Shown here piece after piece: positions 52,549-62,440 of a stretch of 64,000 bases of DNA. Source of the stretch: Alphaproteobacteria bacterium (lineage in GTDB: Bacteria > Pseudomonadota > Alphaproteobacteria > UBA828); NCBI GenBank assembly GCA_963422645.2, contig CAXXVO010000008.1:416001-480000 (forward strand). The letters are read 5' to 3'. Position 1 is the stretch's first letter. The number at the start of each line of letters is the position of its first letter. The notes beneath the pieces were generated by a model that was not told where the DNA came from, searched no databases, and saw nothing but the letters and a program-made list of their open reading frames with translations. A program made the translations under genes and the position numbers.

Positions 52549-54076
52549 GTATAGGGATCAGCTGCATCGGTTCCGGGTGCGCCAGGATTTGCAGGATGTT
52601 CCAGCCTTGCTTTCGAGCGGTGACGATGACGCTGCGCATTCCGGCGAAGTTGCAGGCGCCTTGCAGGGAGCGGAAGCCGCCTGAGATCTTCTCATGCACT
52701 TTGTTCATACGGATGTCACGCTCCGCCTCGTTATTCGTGAACGGCGTGCGCAGGTCGGTGAGGAAGCGCAGGCAGCCCTCCTTATGCTTTTGAAGGCGGC
52801 GCGCGAGGTTGTGGCCGATGCGGCGTTTCTTTCGCCCTCGCTTTGCGATCTGGAGCGGCGGTTGGGCCTCATGGAAGGCGATGGCTTCTTCGAGGATACG
52901 GTCCCATGCCCTTGAGATGCGGGCCACCAGGGAGGCGGGGACTTGACGGTCTTTCTCACGGGCGAAGCGGGCGGCCCTGCGCGCGCGCTGAAGCAGGCGG
53001 TGCATGCTCGCCGCCCATTCCTCCTTCTCGATGTCGATCAGGGCCTGGAGTTCGCGCAGGTGATGTGCGTTGCAGGCGCCGTGGCGGACGCCCTTGATGG
53101 TGAAGTAGGGGGCGAAGTCGTCGTGGACGAGGATGCCTTTCAGGTTCTTTTCGACATCGCCGCGTCCCTCGCCGATGCGCAGGACGGTGAGCAACGGGGT
53201 GCACAGCACATGGAGCCAGCGGGTACGGGCGGCGATACGCAGGCCGGTCTCGTCGAGGTGCTTGACCGGCGCCTGCGTGCGGATCAGATCGGCGACATGG
53301 TCGAGGAAGCCCTCGAAGCGCTGCGCTGTGCGCCGGCCCATGGCGGCGATCGTGGCAGTGGAGATGGACACCGCGAAGATGTCGCTCATGAGTTCGGCCA
53401 GACGCTTCTCGGGCACGAACTGGGCGTACAGCAGGTAACTCACCCAAGCGGTGATGCGAGGGCCGTACTGGACCGGGGCGGTGACGCCCGGCGGGAAGGC
53501 GGCTCGTGTCAGCGTGCCGCATGCGCCGCAGAGGCAGCGATGGGCGCGGTGTTCGGTGACCTCGAGAGGCTGCGGCTCGGGTACGTCGAAGACCTGCCGA
53601 CAGGCGGGCGCGCCTTGCCGGTCGGCGTCCGAGAGCTCGACGCCACAGCCGGAACAGGTGGAGGGGTGGTGATCGACGACACGGTCCGGGCTGTCGCTCC
53701 GCGCGAGGGTGGTTCCCTTGTGGCCGGGCTGGCCGCCACTGGGCCCGCCGGACTTTCCGCGCTGGCTTTGGGTGCGCCTCTGGGCTCCGCTTTTCTTCTT
53801 GAGCCCGTCGCTGGCGGGGGGCTTGCTGCTTGTGGTGCTGTTGAGGGCCGCGCTGCGCTCGAGTTCGGCGATGCGCTCGCGCAGGGCCGCGTTCTCCTGC
53901 TCGAGTGCGGCATTTTCCCGGGCGAGCGCGGTGGCTGATCGCAGCAGCCCCTGCCCCCATTCCCGGACGGCAACGACGACAGTGGTTGCGAGGGATGATG
54001 GCTCGAGAAGCTCCTTCAGGCAGCAGAAGGCCTCGTTACGGGCGGCGAGGTCTTCGTGCCAGTGCGACACCGTCAC
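52526..54076 (-). CDS. tnpC: IS66 transposase TnpC (last codons replaced by the nested IS)
   Basis: NSTTSSKPPASD, HLDETG, CNAHHLREL and TNNEAERDIR motifs. GTG start overlaps the MTase stop (GTGA). The original end ILRS* lies at 50021-50035. Confidence 0.9.
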   Translation of the reverse strand: MTVSHWHEDLAARNEAFCCLKELLEPSSLATTVVVAVREWGQGLLRSATALARENAALEQENAALRERIAELERSAALNSTTSSKPPASDGLKKKSGAQRRTQSQRGKSGGPSGGQPGHKGTTLARSDSPDRVVDHHPSTCSGCGVELSDADRQGAPACRQVFDVPEPQPLEVTEHRAHRCLCGACGTLTRAAFPPGVTAPVQYGPRITAWVSYLLYAQFVPEKRLAELMSDIFAVSISTATIAAMGRRTAQRFEGFLDHVADLIRTQAPVKHLDETGLRIAARTRWLHVLCTPLLTVLRIGEGRGDVEKNLKGILVHDDFAPYFTIKGVRHGACNAHHLRELQALIDIEKEEWAASMHRLLQRARRAARFAREKDRQVPASLVARISRAWDRILEEAIAFHEAQPPLQIAKRGRKKRRIGHNLARRLQKHKEGCLRFLTDLRTPFTNNEAERDIRMNKVHEKISGGFRSLQGACNFAGMRSVIVTARKQGWNILQILAHPEPMQLIPILRLPDLC

Positions 54077-54738
54077 GTGTCTTCGGCCTCGACGGCCATC
54101 ATGGCGGCGAGCACGGCGAGGCGTTCGCCCGGCGGCAAGGCCTGGTAGCGCCGGCCCCAGTTGGCTGCCTTGCGCTTGATGCGCTGGCGGTCGGTGAAGT
54201 TCCGGCCTGCGTGGCTGGCCCAATGCATCCGGTCGGGGGCGTAGTTGAACCAGACGACCTCGGTTCGCACCAGACCCTGGGTCGTGACCTGCAGCGCCAG
54301 CCGGCGCCATCCCGCCAGCACCTCGTCATAGAGCGCCGACGGATGGCCCGAGATCATGACCTGGCAGGGCAGAGCCTTGAGCAGCGCGAGAAGCGCGACG
54401 TGGCCGGCCTCCTCGTACTCGAAGCGGTAGCGCTGCGCCGAGCGGCGGGTCGCGTGCAGATAGGGCGGATCGCTGTAAACCAGCTCCGGGCCCAGGAACG
54501 GGAACGAGGCCAGGAAGTCATGGGCACAGCCGTGAACCAGATCGACCGGGTAGTCGCAGACGAAGGCCTCGAGCGCCTGCGCATCGCGGTCGATGCCGAT
54601 CGAACGCACGGCCGGCGGCTTGCGCTTCATCAGCGCCCCGCCCCCAAGGTGGCTTTCGATGTAGACGGAGTGCGGCGGCATCAGCGCAATCAGCGCTTGG
54701 CACAGACCTGCTGTCGCCTTCGAGCCGAAATACCCCAT
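54073..54738 (-). CDS. DNA adenine methyltransferase (D12/Dam-like, alpha motif order)
   Basis: YFGSK (motif X), IESHLGGG (motif I-like), IGID, YSDPPY (motif IV), MISG and RTEVVWFNY. Confidence 0.85.
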   Translation of the reverse strand: MGYFGSKATAGLCQALIALMPPHSVYIESHLGGGALMKRKPPAVRSIGIDRDAQALEAFVCDYPVDLVHGCAHDFLASFPFLGPELVYSDPPYLHATRRSAQRYRFEYEEAGHVALLALLKALPCQVMISGHPSALYDEVLAGWRRLALQVTTQGLVRTEVVWFNYAPDRMHWASHAGRNFTDRQRIKRKAANWGRRYQALPPGERLAVLAAMMAVEAEDT

Positions 54739-55200
54739 GGACCGCTCCCGTCACGCGAGAGAGCAGTCCATAGTCCCGCAACTCTATGAGGTCAAGAACC
54801 AATCGCGGTGGCAGAACCAGGCCGCGGCCGCCGCCATAATCACCGTCCTCAACTCAGGATTGGGGTACCTGGGTAGTTACGGTAGATCAGCATCAGCATT
54901 CCCGCATCCGACGACCACCGCATCGTACGGCGGGGCCATACTGACACCTTATTCGGGCGGCAATTCCGGACGCTTACACATGACTAGCAACCTCCATTCG
55001 AGGGCCGCCTCGTTAAGAGCCATCTCGTAGACGCCTGTTCTCAAAACGGTGCCTGTGACCAGGGCGCGACGATGGCCGGGACATCCTTCCCGCCCGCTTG
55101 ACAGCCCAACCGTGCAAGTGCCAGCGTCGCGCTGAGCCGGCCGATCGACAGGGAACAGCCGGTAAGCGGCCGGCACGGGCGAGGACGGAGGCTGGCAAAG

Positions 55201-55647
55201 ATGATAGTGCGCATCGGAATTTGCGGGGCACTGGCCGCCGCGCTAATCGTTGCCGGGTTGACGGGCAGCGCACTTGCCGACCCCAAGGGCGTCTGGCTCA
55301 GCGGTTCAGGCAAGTCGCATGTGAAGCTCGCTCCCTGTAGCGACGACGCCGACAAGCTGTGCGGCGAAATCGTGTGGCTCAGGAGTCCCAACTCCAAGGA
55401 CGGCAAGCCGAGGCGGGACGTCAAGAACGAGGACAAGTCGCTCCGCAAGCGGCCGATCATGGGCCTCCAGGTGCTCTGGGACCTGGAATACGAAGGCAAC
55501 GGCGAGTGGGAAGACGGCGAGATCTACAATCCCGAGGACGGCGAGACCTACGACGCCGAAATGGAAGAGGTGAACGCGAACACGCTCAAGGTGAGCGGCT
55601 GTGTGTGGTTCATCTGCAAGGAGCAGACCTGGAAGCGCATCGAGTAA
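55201..55647 (+). CDS. DUF2147-like secreted protein
   Basis: Signal peptide; LCGEIVWL, D.KN.D.SLR.RP.MGL, GEIYNPEDGETY and LKVSGCV..ICKEQTWKR motifs. Confidence 0.85.
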   Translation: MIVRIGICGALAAALIVAGLTGSALADPKGVWLSGSGKSHVKLAPCSDDADKLCGEIVWLRSPNSKDGKPRRDVKNEDKSLRKRPIMGLQVLWDLEYEGNGEWEDGEIYNPEDGETYDAEMEEVNANTLKVSGCVWFICKEQTWKRIE

Positions 55648-55906
55648 GCGGACGGCGACGCCGCCCGGTCATTCCCGCTCCTGTTGATTGTCCCACAGTG
55701 CATGGCCGTCGCGGGCACCGCCCGCGAATTGCCAATATCGAATAGACTTCGCTCCGATTTTTCTCTCATCACCTTGTGGCTGGAAGACGGCCGATGGGGC
55801 GCCGGTGAAGGCGAGCCGGTATCGTGGGAATGCCTGCCGCCGCCTGCCCGCCTGGATTGGCGCGTGATACCATGAGCTCGCAGCGTGCAACCGGTGTGGA
55901 TGCGTC

Positions 55907-56694
55907 ATGAATCAGCGTAGCGGATTGCTTGCCGGACGGCGGGCCCTCGTCACGGGTGCGGGGCCACCGGCATCGGGCAAGCCATTACGGAGGCCTTTGC
56001 GCGTGAGGGCGCGCGCGTCGTGGTCAGCGACATCAGCCTCGACGGGGCTCGGGATCTCGCCCAACGCCTCGGCGAGGGCGCACGCGCCTACAGGCTCGAC
56101 GTCACCGACGCGGCGGAAACTGCGACCGTCTTCCGCGCCGCCGCCGAGTGGATGGGCGGCTTCGATCTGCTCGCCGCCAACGCGGGCATTTCGACGATGA
56201 ACCCGGTGGTCGACCTCACCGAGGAGGAATGGGACTCCAACATGGCGGTGAACGCCAAGGGCGTGTTCCTGTCAAACCGGGAGGCGGTGCGCCACTTCCT
56301 CGCCGCCGGCGAGAAGGGCGTGATCGTCAACACGGCCTCGCTCGCCGGCAAGATCGGCGCGCCCTTGCTCGCGCACTACGCGGCCAGCAAGTTCGCCGTG
56401 GTCGGGTTCACGCAGTCGCTGGCGCGGGAGGTGGGCGAGCACGGCATTCGGGTCAACGCGGTCTGCCCCGGTTATGTGCGCACGTCCATGCAGCACCGCG
56501 AAGTCGTGTGGGAGGGCAAGCTGCGTGGCATGACGCCTGAGGCCGTCCGCGACGAGTACGTGGCCGCGACGCCTCTGGGCCGGCTCGAGGAACCCGATGA
56601 TGTGGCGGCGATTGTCGTCTTCCTGGCGAGCGACCTTTCCGGCTTTCTGACCGGCGAGGCGATCAACGCCAGCGGCGGCGTGTTGATGGATTAG
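55907..56694 (+). CDS. SDR family oxidoreductase (sugar/polyol dehydrogenase-like), frameshifted in the G run at 55960-55963
   Basis: ALVTGA in one frame, then ATGIG, ANAG, YAASKFAV and VNAVCPG in another. Confidence 0.8.
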
Positions 56695-56711
56695 CCCGGA
56701 ACGGAAATGTC

Positions 56712-57518
56712 ATGACCTGGTTGAAGGAGAGCATCGGCGCGGGCAAACCGGTCATCGCCATGGCCCACCTGCTGCCCCTGCCCGGCGCGCCGCTCTACGA
56801 TTCGCAGGGCGGAATGCAGGCCATCATCGAGCATGTCGCAAGGGATCTGGAAGCCCTGCAGGACGGCGGCGTCGACGCGGTCATGTTCGGCAACGAAGGC
56901 GACCGCCCCTACCTGCTGGAAGCCTCGCCGGAAAGCCTTGCGGCCATGGCGGCCGTGACCGCGGCGGTCAAAGGCAAACTGCGCGTGCCCTACGGCGTTA
57001 ACTATCTGTGGGACCCGGTTGCGACGGTGGCGCTTGCCGTCGCGACGGATGCCGTCTTCGCGCGCGAAATCTTCACCGGGGTCTACGATTCCGACATGGG
57101 CTTGTGGCAGCCCTCGGCTGCCCGGGCGCTGCGCATGCGCCACGACCTCGGCCGCGACGACCTCAAGCTCATGTTTAACATCAATGCCGAGTTCGCCGCA
57201 CCGGTGGGGGCCCGCTCCGTCGAAGCGCGCGCCGCCAGTACCGTCTTTTCGTCGCTGGCAGACGCCGTTCTCGTCTCGGGCCCGATGACCGGCCAAGCGG
57301 TGGACCAATCGAGCCTCGAGCGTGTTGCGAGCGCTGTCCCCGGCACGCCGGTCCTCGCCAACACCGGCTGCAACGTGGACAACATCGCCGATATTCTGAG
57401 GGTGGCCGACGGCTGCATCGTCGGCACACACTTCAAGGTCGACGGCGACACCTGGAACGCCGTGGACCGGGACCGCGTCGCACGCTTCATGGAGGTCGTC
57501 TCGAAGGTACGCGGGTGA
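56712..57518 (+). CDS. BtpA/SgcQ family protein
   Basis: IAMAHLLPLPGAP, MFGNEGDRPY, NTGC and VGTHFKVDG motifs. Confidence 0.9.
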   Translation: MTWLKESIGAGKPVIAMAHLLPLPGAPLYDSQGGMQAIIEHVARDLEALQDGGVDAVMFGNEGDRPYLLEASPESLAAMAAVTAAVKGKLRVPYGVNYLWDPVATVALAVATDAVFAREIFTGVYDSDMGLWQPSAARALRMRHDLGRDDLKLMFNINAEFAAPVGARSVEARAASTVFSSLADAVLVSGPMTGQAVDQSSLERVASAVPGTPVLANTGCNVDNIADILRVADGCIVGTHFKVDGDTWNAVDRDRVARFMEVVSKVRG

Positions 57519-59041
57519 TGAGCACTCTGCTCGGTCTCGATATCGGGACGACGTCGACAATCGGCATTCTGATCGATACCGAGGGCGGCATCCTCGCCAC
57601 CGCGTCGCGGCCCAGCGCACTCGTCTCACGCCACGCCAACTGGGCCGAAGAGGATACCGAGCTCTGGTGGGCCAATGTCTGCGCACTCGTGCCGGACCTG
57701 CTGCGGAGCACCGGGCTGGAGGCAGGCGAAATCGCGGCGGTCGGCGTGACCGGGATGGTCCCCACGGTGATCCTTCTGGATGACTCAGGGAGGCCGCTGC
57801 GCCCGTCGATCCAGCAGAACGATGCCCGCGCCGTCAATGAAATCGAGGAGCTGAAGCGGCGCATCGACGGCGACGACTGGTTCCGGCGCACCGGCGGTAG
57901 CATCAATCAGCAGGTCGTGGCGCCCAAGCTGCTCTGGCTTGCGCGTCATGAGCCAGAGTGTTTCGGCGAAGCCGGCACCGTGTTGGGGTCCTACGACTAC
58001 ATCACGTACCGGCTGACTGGAGACACCTCGATCGAGGGGAACTGGGCGCTGGAGGCGGGATTCTACAACCTCGCGCAAGGCGGCCTCGACGAGGACCTGG
58101 TTCGTTTGGGCGGCATATCGCCCGACCGGCTGCCGCCGCTCAAGGCGTCCGGCGAACCCGCAGGCGCGCTCACGCAGCGAGCAGCGGAGGAAACCGGCCT
58201 CCTTCCCGGCACGCCAGTGGTGACCGGCTGCGCCGATCATATCGCGTCGGCGTTCGTCGCCGGCGCCTGCGATCAGGGCGATCTGGTGGTCAAGTTCGGG
58301 GGTGCCGGGGACATCATGCTCACAAGCGAGCGGCCGGTGACCGACCCGCGCATGTTCATCGACTTTCACATCGTGCCGGGGCTCTATGTCTCCAATGGCT
58401 GCATGGCCGCGAGCGGCAGCGTGCTGAACTGGATCGTGGCGCAACTCGGGCAGGGAGAAGCCGAGGCCGCGCGAGCTGCGGGACAGACGCCGCACGCCTG
58501 GCTCGATGAACGGGCAAGCGATCTGCCGCCGGGCGCCGGCGGCCTGGTGCTGCTGCCCTACTTCCTCGGCGAGAAGACGCCCCTCCACGATCCCCGCGCG
58601 AAGGGCACGCTGGTCGGCCTCGGGCTCCACCACGAGCTGCGCCATGTCTGGCGCGCCGCCCTCGAATCTGTGGCGTTCGGATTCCGCCATCACATGGACG
58701 TGTTCGAGGAGATGGACTGCGGGGTGGGCCGCGTTCTGGCCTGCGACGGCGGCGCGGCGAGCGATCTCTGGATGCAGATTACCGCCAATGTCCTGGAAAG
58801 ACCGGTCGAGCGGCTGCTCGAGCATCCCGGCTCCAGCCTCGGCGCGGCCTTCGTCGCGGGCATGGGCACGGGCGTGCTCGACGACTGGTCGGCGATCGGC
58901 CGCTATGCCCGGTGCGATCGAATCTTCGAGCCGGACAGCAGCCGGACCGAAGCCTACGGCGACGCTTACGGCATCTATCGCGATCTCTACCGCCGGCTGG
59001 AGACCCTCTACCCCTCCCTCGCCGATCTGCCGGCGGCCTGA
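57518..59041 (+). CDS. FGGY-family carbohydrate kinase (xylulokinase-like)
   Basis: LGLDIGTTS, QNDAR, GCADH, LPYFLGEKTP and DGGAAS motifs. Confidence 0.9.
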   Translation: MSTLLGLDIGTTSTIGILIDTEGGILATASRPSALVSRHANWAEEDTELWWANVCALVPDLLRSTGLEAGEIAAVGVTGMVPTVILLDDSGRPLRPSIQQNDARAVNEIEELKRRIDGDDWFRRTGGSINQQVVAPKLLWLARHEPECFGEAGTVLGSYDYITYRLTGDTSIEGNWALEAGFYNLAQGGLDEDLVRLGGISPDRLPPLKASGEPAGALTQRAAEETGLLPGTPVVTGCADHIASAFVAGACDQGDLVVKFGGAGDIMLTSERPVTDPRMFIDFHIVPGLYVSNGCMAASGSVLNWIVAQLGQGEAEAARAAGQTPHAWLDERASDLPPGAGGLVLLPYFLGEKTPLHDPRAKGTLVGLGLHHELRHVWRAALESVAFGFRHHMDVFEEMDCGVGRVLACDGGAASDLWMQITANVLERPVERLLEHPGSSLGAAFVAGMGTGVLDDWSAIGRYARCDRIFEPDSSRTEAYGDAYGIYRDLYRRLETLYPSLADLPAA

Positions 59042-59049
59042 CCGGACTT

Positions 59050-60153
59050 TCAGCCGGCGGTCACGGCGCGTCCCGTGGCGGTGTCGAAGAAATGCAGGCG
59101 TTCCAGGTCGACATGGAGCTGGAGCTCGGACCCGGCCGGCGCCATGAAGTCGCGGTCGAGCCGGGCCGAGACTTCCTGGCCGCCCGGCAAGGCGGCGACC
59201 AGGATCACTTCCGGCCCCAGCGATTCTACCGCCACCACGGTGACCGTGATCGCGGCGCGCTGGGCGGCGGAGGGTTGGGCGTCGAGATCCTCGGGCCGGA
59301 TGCCGAGGGTGATTGCCTCCCCCGCGTGGCCGCGCAACGCTTCCCTGTGGGCAGCGAGCAATGGCAGGCTGATCGACGGAAGATCGACGGATTCCAGGCC
59401 CGTCGCGCCGCCGAAGCGGGCATCGAGCAGGTTCATCGGCGGACTGGCGAGAAAGCCTGCAACGAAGGTGTCGACCGGATGGCGGTAGACCTCCAGAGGA
59501 GGCCCGACCTGGACGATCCGGCCGTCGCGCATGATGCAGATCCTCTCGCCCATGGTCATCGCCTCGACCTGGTCATGCGTGACATGGACGATGGTCTTGC
59601 CCAGCATGCGGTGAAGCTTGATCAGCTCCGTGCGCATCGCTGCGCGCAGCTTGGCATCCAGGTTGGAGAGCGGCTCGTCGAAGAGGAACGCTACGGGGTC
59701 TCGGACCAGCGCGCGGCCCAGTGCGACTCTCTGTTGCTGCCCGCCGCTCAGCTGCCGCGGGCGGCGTTTCAGCAGGTCCCCGATGCCGAGCATGTCCGCC
59801 GTCGCCGCGATGCGGCGATCGATTTCCTCGCGCGGGAGCTTGCGCAGCTTGAGGCCGAAGGCGAGGTTGCCCGCGACGCTCATATGCGGATAAAGCGCGT
59901 AGTTCTGGAAGACGACCGCAAGGTCGCGCTCCGCCGGGTCGACATCGTTGACCGTGGCGCCGTCGATCCTGACCTCGCCTGAGGTGATCGTCTCCAGGCC
60001 GGCGATCATCCGCAGAGTCGTCGACTTTCCGCATCCCGACGGCCCCAGCAGAACCATGAACTCGCCGTCCCGGACGTCGAGATCGATGCTGTCGACGGCG
60101 GTGACTTCCTGTCCGTAAACCTTGGTGAGGTTCCGCAGCCCGATCTCGGCCAC
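59050..60153 (-). CDS. Sugar ABC transporter ATP-binding protein (MalK-like)
   Basis: GPSGCGKST, VFQNYALYPHM, LSGGQ, DEPLSNLD and VTHDQ motifs. Confidence 0.93.
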   Translation of the reverse strand: MAEIGLRNLTKVYGQEVTAVDSIDLDVRDGEFMVLLGPSGCGKSTTLRMIAGLETITSGEVRIDGATVNDVDPAERDLAVVFQNYALYPHMSVAGNLAFGLKLRKLPREEIDRRIAATADMLGIGDLLKRRPRQLSGGQQQRVALGRALVRDPVAFLFDEPLSNLDAKLRAAMRTELIKLHRMLGKTIVHVTHDQVEAMTMGERICIMRDGRIVQVGPPLEVYRHPVDTFVAGFLASPPMNLLDARFGGATGLESVDLPSISLPLLAAHREALRGHAGEAITLGIRPEDLDAQPSAAQRAAITVTVVAVESLGPEVILVAALPGGQEVSARLDRDFMAPAGSELQLHVDLERLHFFDTATGRAVTAG

Positions 60154-60165
60154 CTCGCATCCCTC

Positions 60166-61062
60166 CTACGTCAGCGAGCGCATGTAGCGGTACAAGAAGA
60201 TTGTCAGCAACACGACGATGATGAGCAGTCCCACCGCCATCGCCGAGGCGCGTCCGATGTCGAGGCCGAAAAAGGCGGCGCGATAGATGAAATAGCTGAT
60301 GAGATCGGTCGCGGTGCCGGGGCCGCCCTTGGTCATGATGAAGACGATGTCGAAGGTCTTGATTGCGAAGATCATGCGTAGAAGAAGTGCGACGGCGATG
60401 ACCGGCTGCATCAGCGGGAGCGTGATGAAGATGAAGCAGCGTAGCGGCGACGCTCCGTCCATGCGCGCGGCTTCGTAAGGCTCGCGCGGCAGGGCCGAGA
60501 GTCCGGCCAGAAGCAGGATCGCCATGAACGAGACCTGATGCCAAATGTCGGTCAGCACCACGGTCCAGAACGCGATCGTGGGATCGCCAAGCCAACTGAC
60601 CGGTCTGATGCCGACGAGGCCGATGGCGTAGTTGACGATGCCGAGCTCGGAATGGAGCAACATGCGCCATAACAGCCCGACCACCACGGGGTTGATGAGC
60701 AGCGGCGCCAGCAGGATCAGGTAGTAGATCGTCTTGAATCGGTTGGTGGCGTTGAGCGAGAGCGCCACGATGAAGCCGACAATGAATTCGATGACGACCG
60801 AGGCCAGGACGAACTTGACCGTGACCCAGAGCGAGCCCGGAAGGTACTCCTCCTCGGCCGCCTCCTGATAATTTTCCCCGCCGATGAAGGTGTCGTGATT
60901 GGGGGTGAGCAGGGTGTAGTCGTAAAAGCTCGTGAAGACGGTGAAGAAGAGCGGAAAGGTGACGACGACCACCAACACGGCGAGACCCGGCGCAGTGAGC
61001 AGATACCCAAAGCGCCGGTCCCGCTGTGTCAGCGTCAAAGTGCCACCCGTTGCAGGTGACAT
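60166..61062 (-). CDS. Sugar ABC transporter permease (MalF-like)
   Basis: YEAARMDGAS and TKGGPGTAT motifs. Confidence 0.92.
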   Translation of the reverse strand: MSPATGGTLTLTQRDRRFGYLLTAPGLAVLVVVVTFPLFFTVFTSFYDYTLLTPNHDTFIGGENYQEAAEEEYLPGSLWVTVKFVLASVVIEFIVGFIVALSLNATNRFKTIYYLILLAPLLINPVVVGLLWRMLLHSELGIVNYAIGLVGIRPVSWLGDPTIAFWTVVLTDIWHQVSFMAILLLAGLSALPREPYEAARMDGASPLRCFIFITLPLMQPVIAVALLLRMIFAIKTFDIVFIMTKGGPGTATDLISYFIYRAAFFGLDIGRASAMAVGLLIIVVLLTIFLYRYMRSLT

Positions 61063-61080
61063 GTGCGTGCGGAGGGTCCG

Positions 61081-62361
61081 CTATTCGGCGATCTTGCCGT
61101 CCTTGATGAGCAGCTCGCGAAGCTCCCTCTGGGCATCGGCCATGGCCTCGGGAATTGGCTTCTCACCGATCGCAGCCAGGTTCAGCTCGCGGCCGACTTC
61201 TTCCACGAACTCGGTGGTGTAGGTGAAGACCGGGAAGTCCTGCGTGCCGGCGAGGATTTCGCCGAGGATCGGGTAGTAGGGACGCGCCGCCACCACATCA
61301 GGATCCGTGAAGATCGGCGCCTGTGTGGGAGCGCCGCCGAGCAGCGCGCGCCGCTTGGCGATCTCAGCGGATTCGGCCCACTTGATGAAGGTCCATGCCG
61401 CTTCCACGTTCGGGCTCGAGTTGGGGATGGCCCAGCCCCAGCCGCCGTTCAGGCCGCCGCCCGGATTGGGCGCGATGCCGACCTTTCCGGCCACCGTCGA
61501 GGACTCGGGATCCTCGAAGCCGGCGTAGAGGATGTTGAAGGTGACGAAGCTGTAGGCCCTGCCCTGCGCCATGACATTGAACGCCTCGTCGAAGCAGTAG
61601 GCTTCCGAGCCCGCCGGGCTGTAGTTCACCACCGCGTCACGATAGTACTCCATGGCCCGAATGGCCTCGGGGCTGTCCAGCAGTGGATTCCAGTTCTCGT
61701 CGTGATAGCGGCCTCCCTGGGAATAGAGATAGTTCGCCCACTGCATCGAGATGCAGTCGCCGCGCTGGCCCTGGATGACGGTTCCGTAAAAGTCGCGCTG
61801 GCCGTCGCCGTCATTGTCGCGCGTGAAGAATTGGACCTGCTTCCAGTATTCGTCCCAGGTCTCGGGGACTCTCAGATCGATTCCGTATTCCTCCCTGAAG
61901 GCCGCCTGTTCCGTCGGATCGTCGATCAGGTCCTGGCGATAAATCACGGCCATCGAATAGTTGTAGAAGGGCAGCATGTAGAGGACGCCGTCGACGCGTC
62001 CGACCAGATCCATGAGCTTGGGCACGTACACGTCGACATCGACGCCGTCGCGGGCGGCGAGATCGTCGAGCGGCATCAGCCAGCCTGCCTTGGTGAATTC
62101 GCCGACCCAGTAGAAGTCGACCACGATCAGGTCGTAGCTGCCCTGGGGTGAGATGAGCTGCGGCACCAGCTTCGAGTGCATGTCGATGTAGCTGATGGCC
62201 TCGATCTCTACATCGATGCCCGATGCTTCCTCGAACTCCGGCAACAGCTCCTGGATGTAGCGGGTGTCCGGCACCGTTTCCATCAGGATGCGAATGGTTT
62301 CCGCCTTCGCCACGCTCGCAAAGAGCATGGTTGCGGCGGCAACTGCGATGAACAATCTCAT
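61081..62361 (-). CDS. Sugar ABC transporter substrate-binding protein
   Basis: Sec signal peptide (AKA cleavage); VPETWDEY and GGWGWAIP motifs. Confidence 0.9.
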   Translation of the reverse strand: MRLFIAVAAATMLFASVAKAETIRILMETVPDTRYIQELLPEFEEASGIDVEIEAISYIDMHSKLVPQLISPQGSYDLIVVDFYWVGEFTKAGWLMPLDDLAARDGVDVDVYVPKLMDLVGRVDGVLYMLPFYNYSMAVIYRQDLIDDPTEQAAFREEYGIDLRVPETWDEYWKQVQFFTRDNDGDGQRDFYGTVIQGQRGDCISMQWANYLYSQGGRYHDENWNPLLDSPEAIRAMEYYRDAVVNYSPAGSEAYCFDEAFNVMAQGRAYSFVTFNILYAGFEDPESSTVAGKVGIAPNPGGGLNGGWGWAIPNSSPNVEAAWTFIKWAESAEIAKRRALLGGAPTQAPIFTDPDVVAARPYYPILGEILAGTQDFPVFTYTTEFVEEVGRELNLAAIGEKPIPEAMADAQRELRELLIKDGKIAE

Positions 62362-62440
62362 GTCAGTCCTCCCTTGATGTGGAGCCGTGCTCCTCCGGTT
62401 GTTGCTCCGGGCCGGCGGCGCCGGAGCGCGGGGTGCCGCG

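Larger units (their letters stand above)
49856..54880 (-). mobile_element. IS66-family element carrying a DNA adenine methyltransferase (2508 bp without the nested IS)
   Basis: TIR GTAACT(G/A)CCCAGGTACCCC; 8-bp TSD GGTAGATC at 49848-49855 and 54881-54888; contains the MTase and tnpC genes. Confidence 0.92.
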
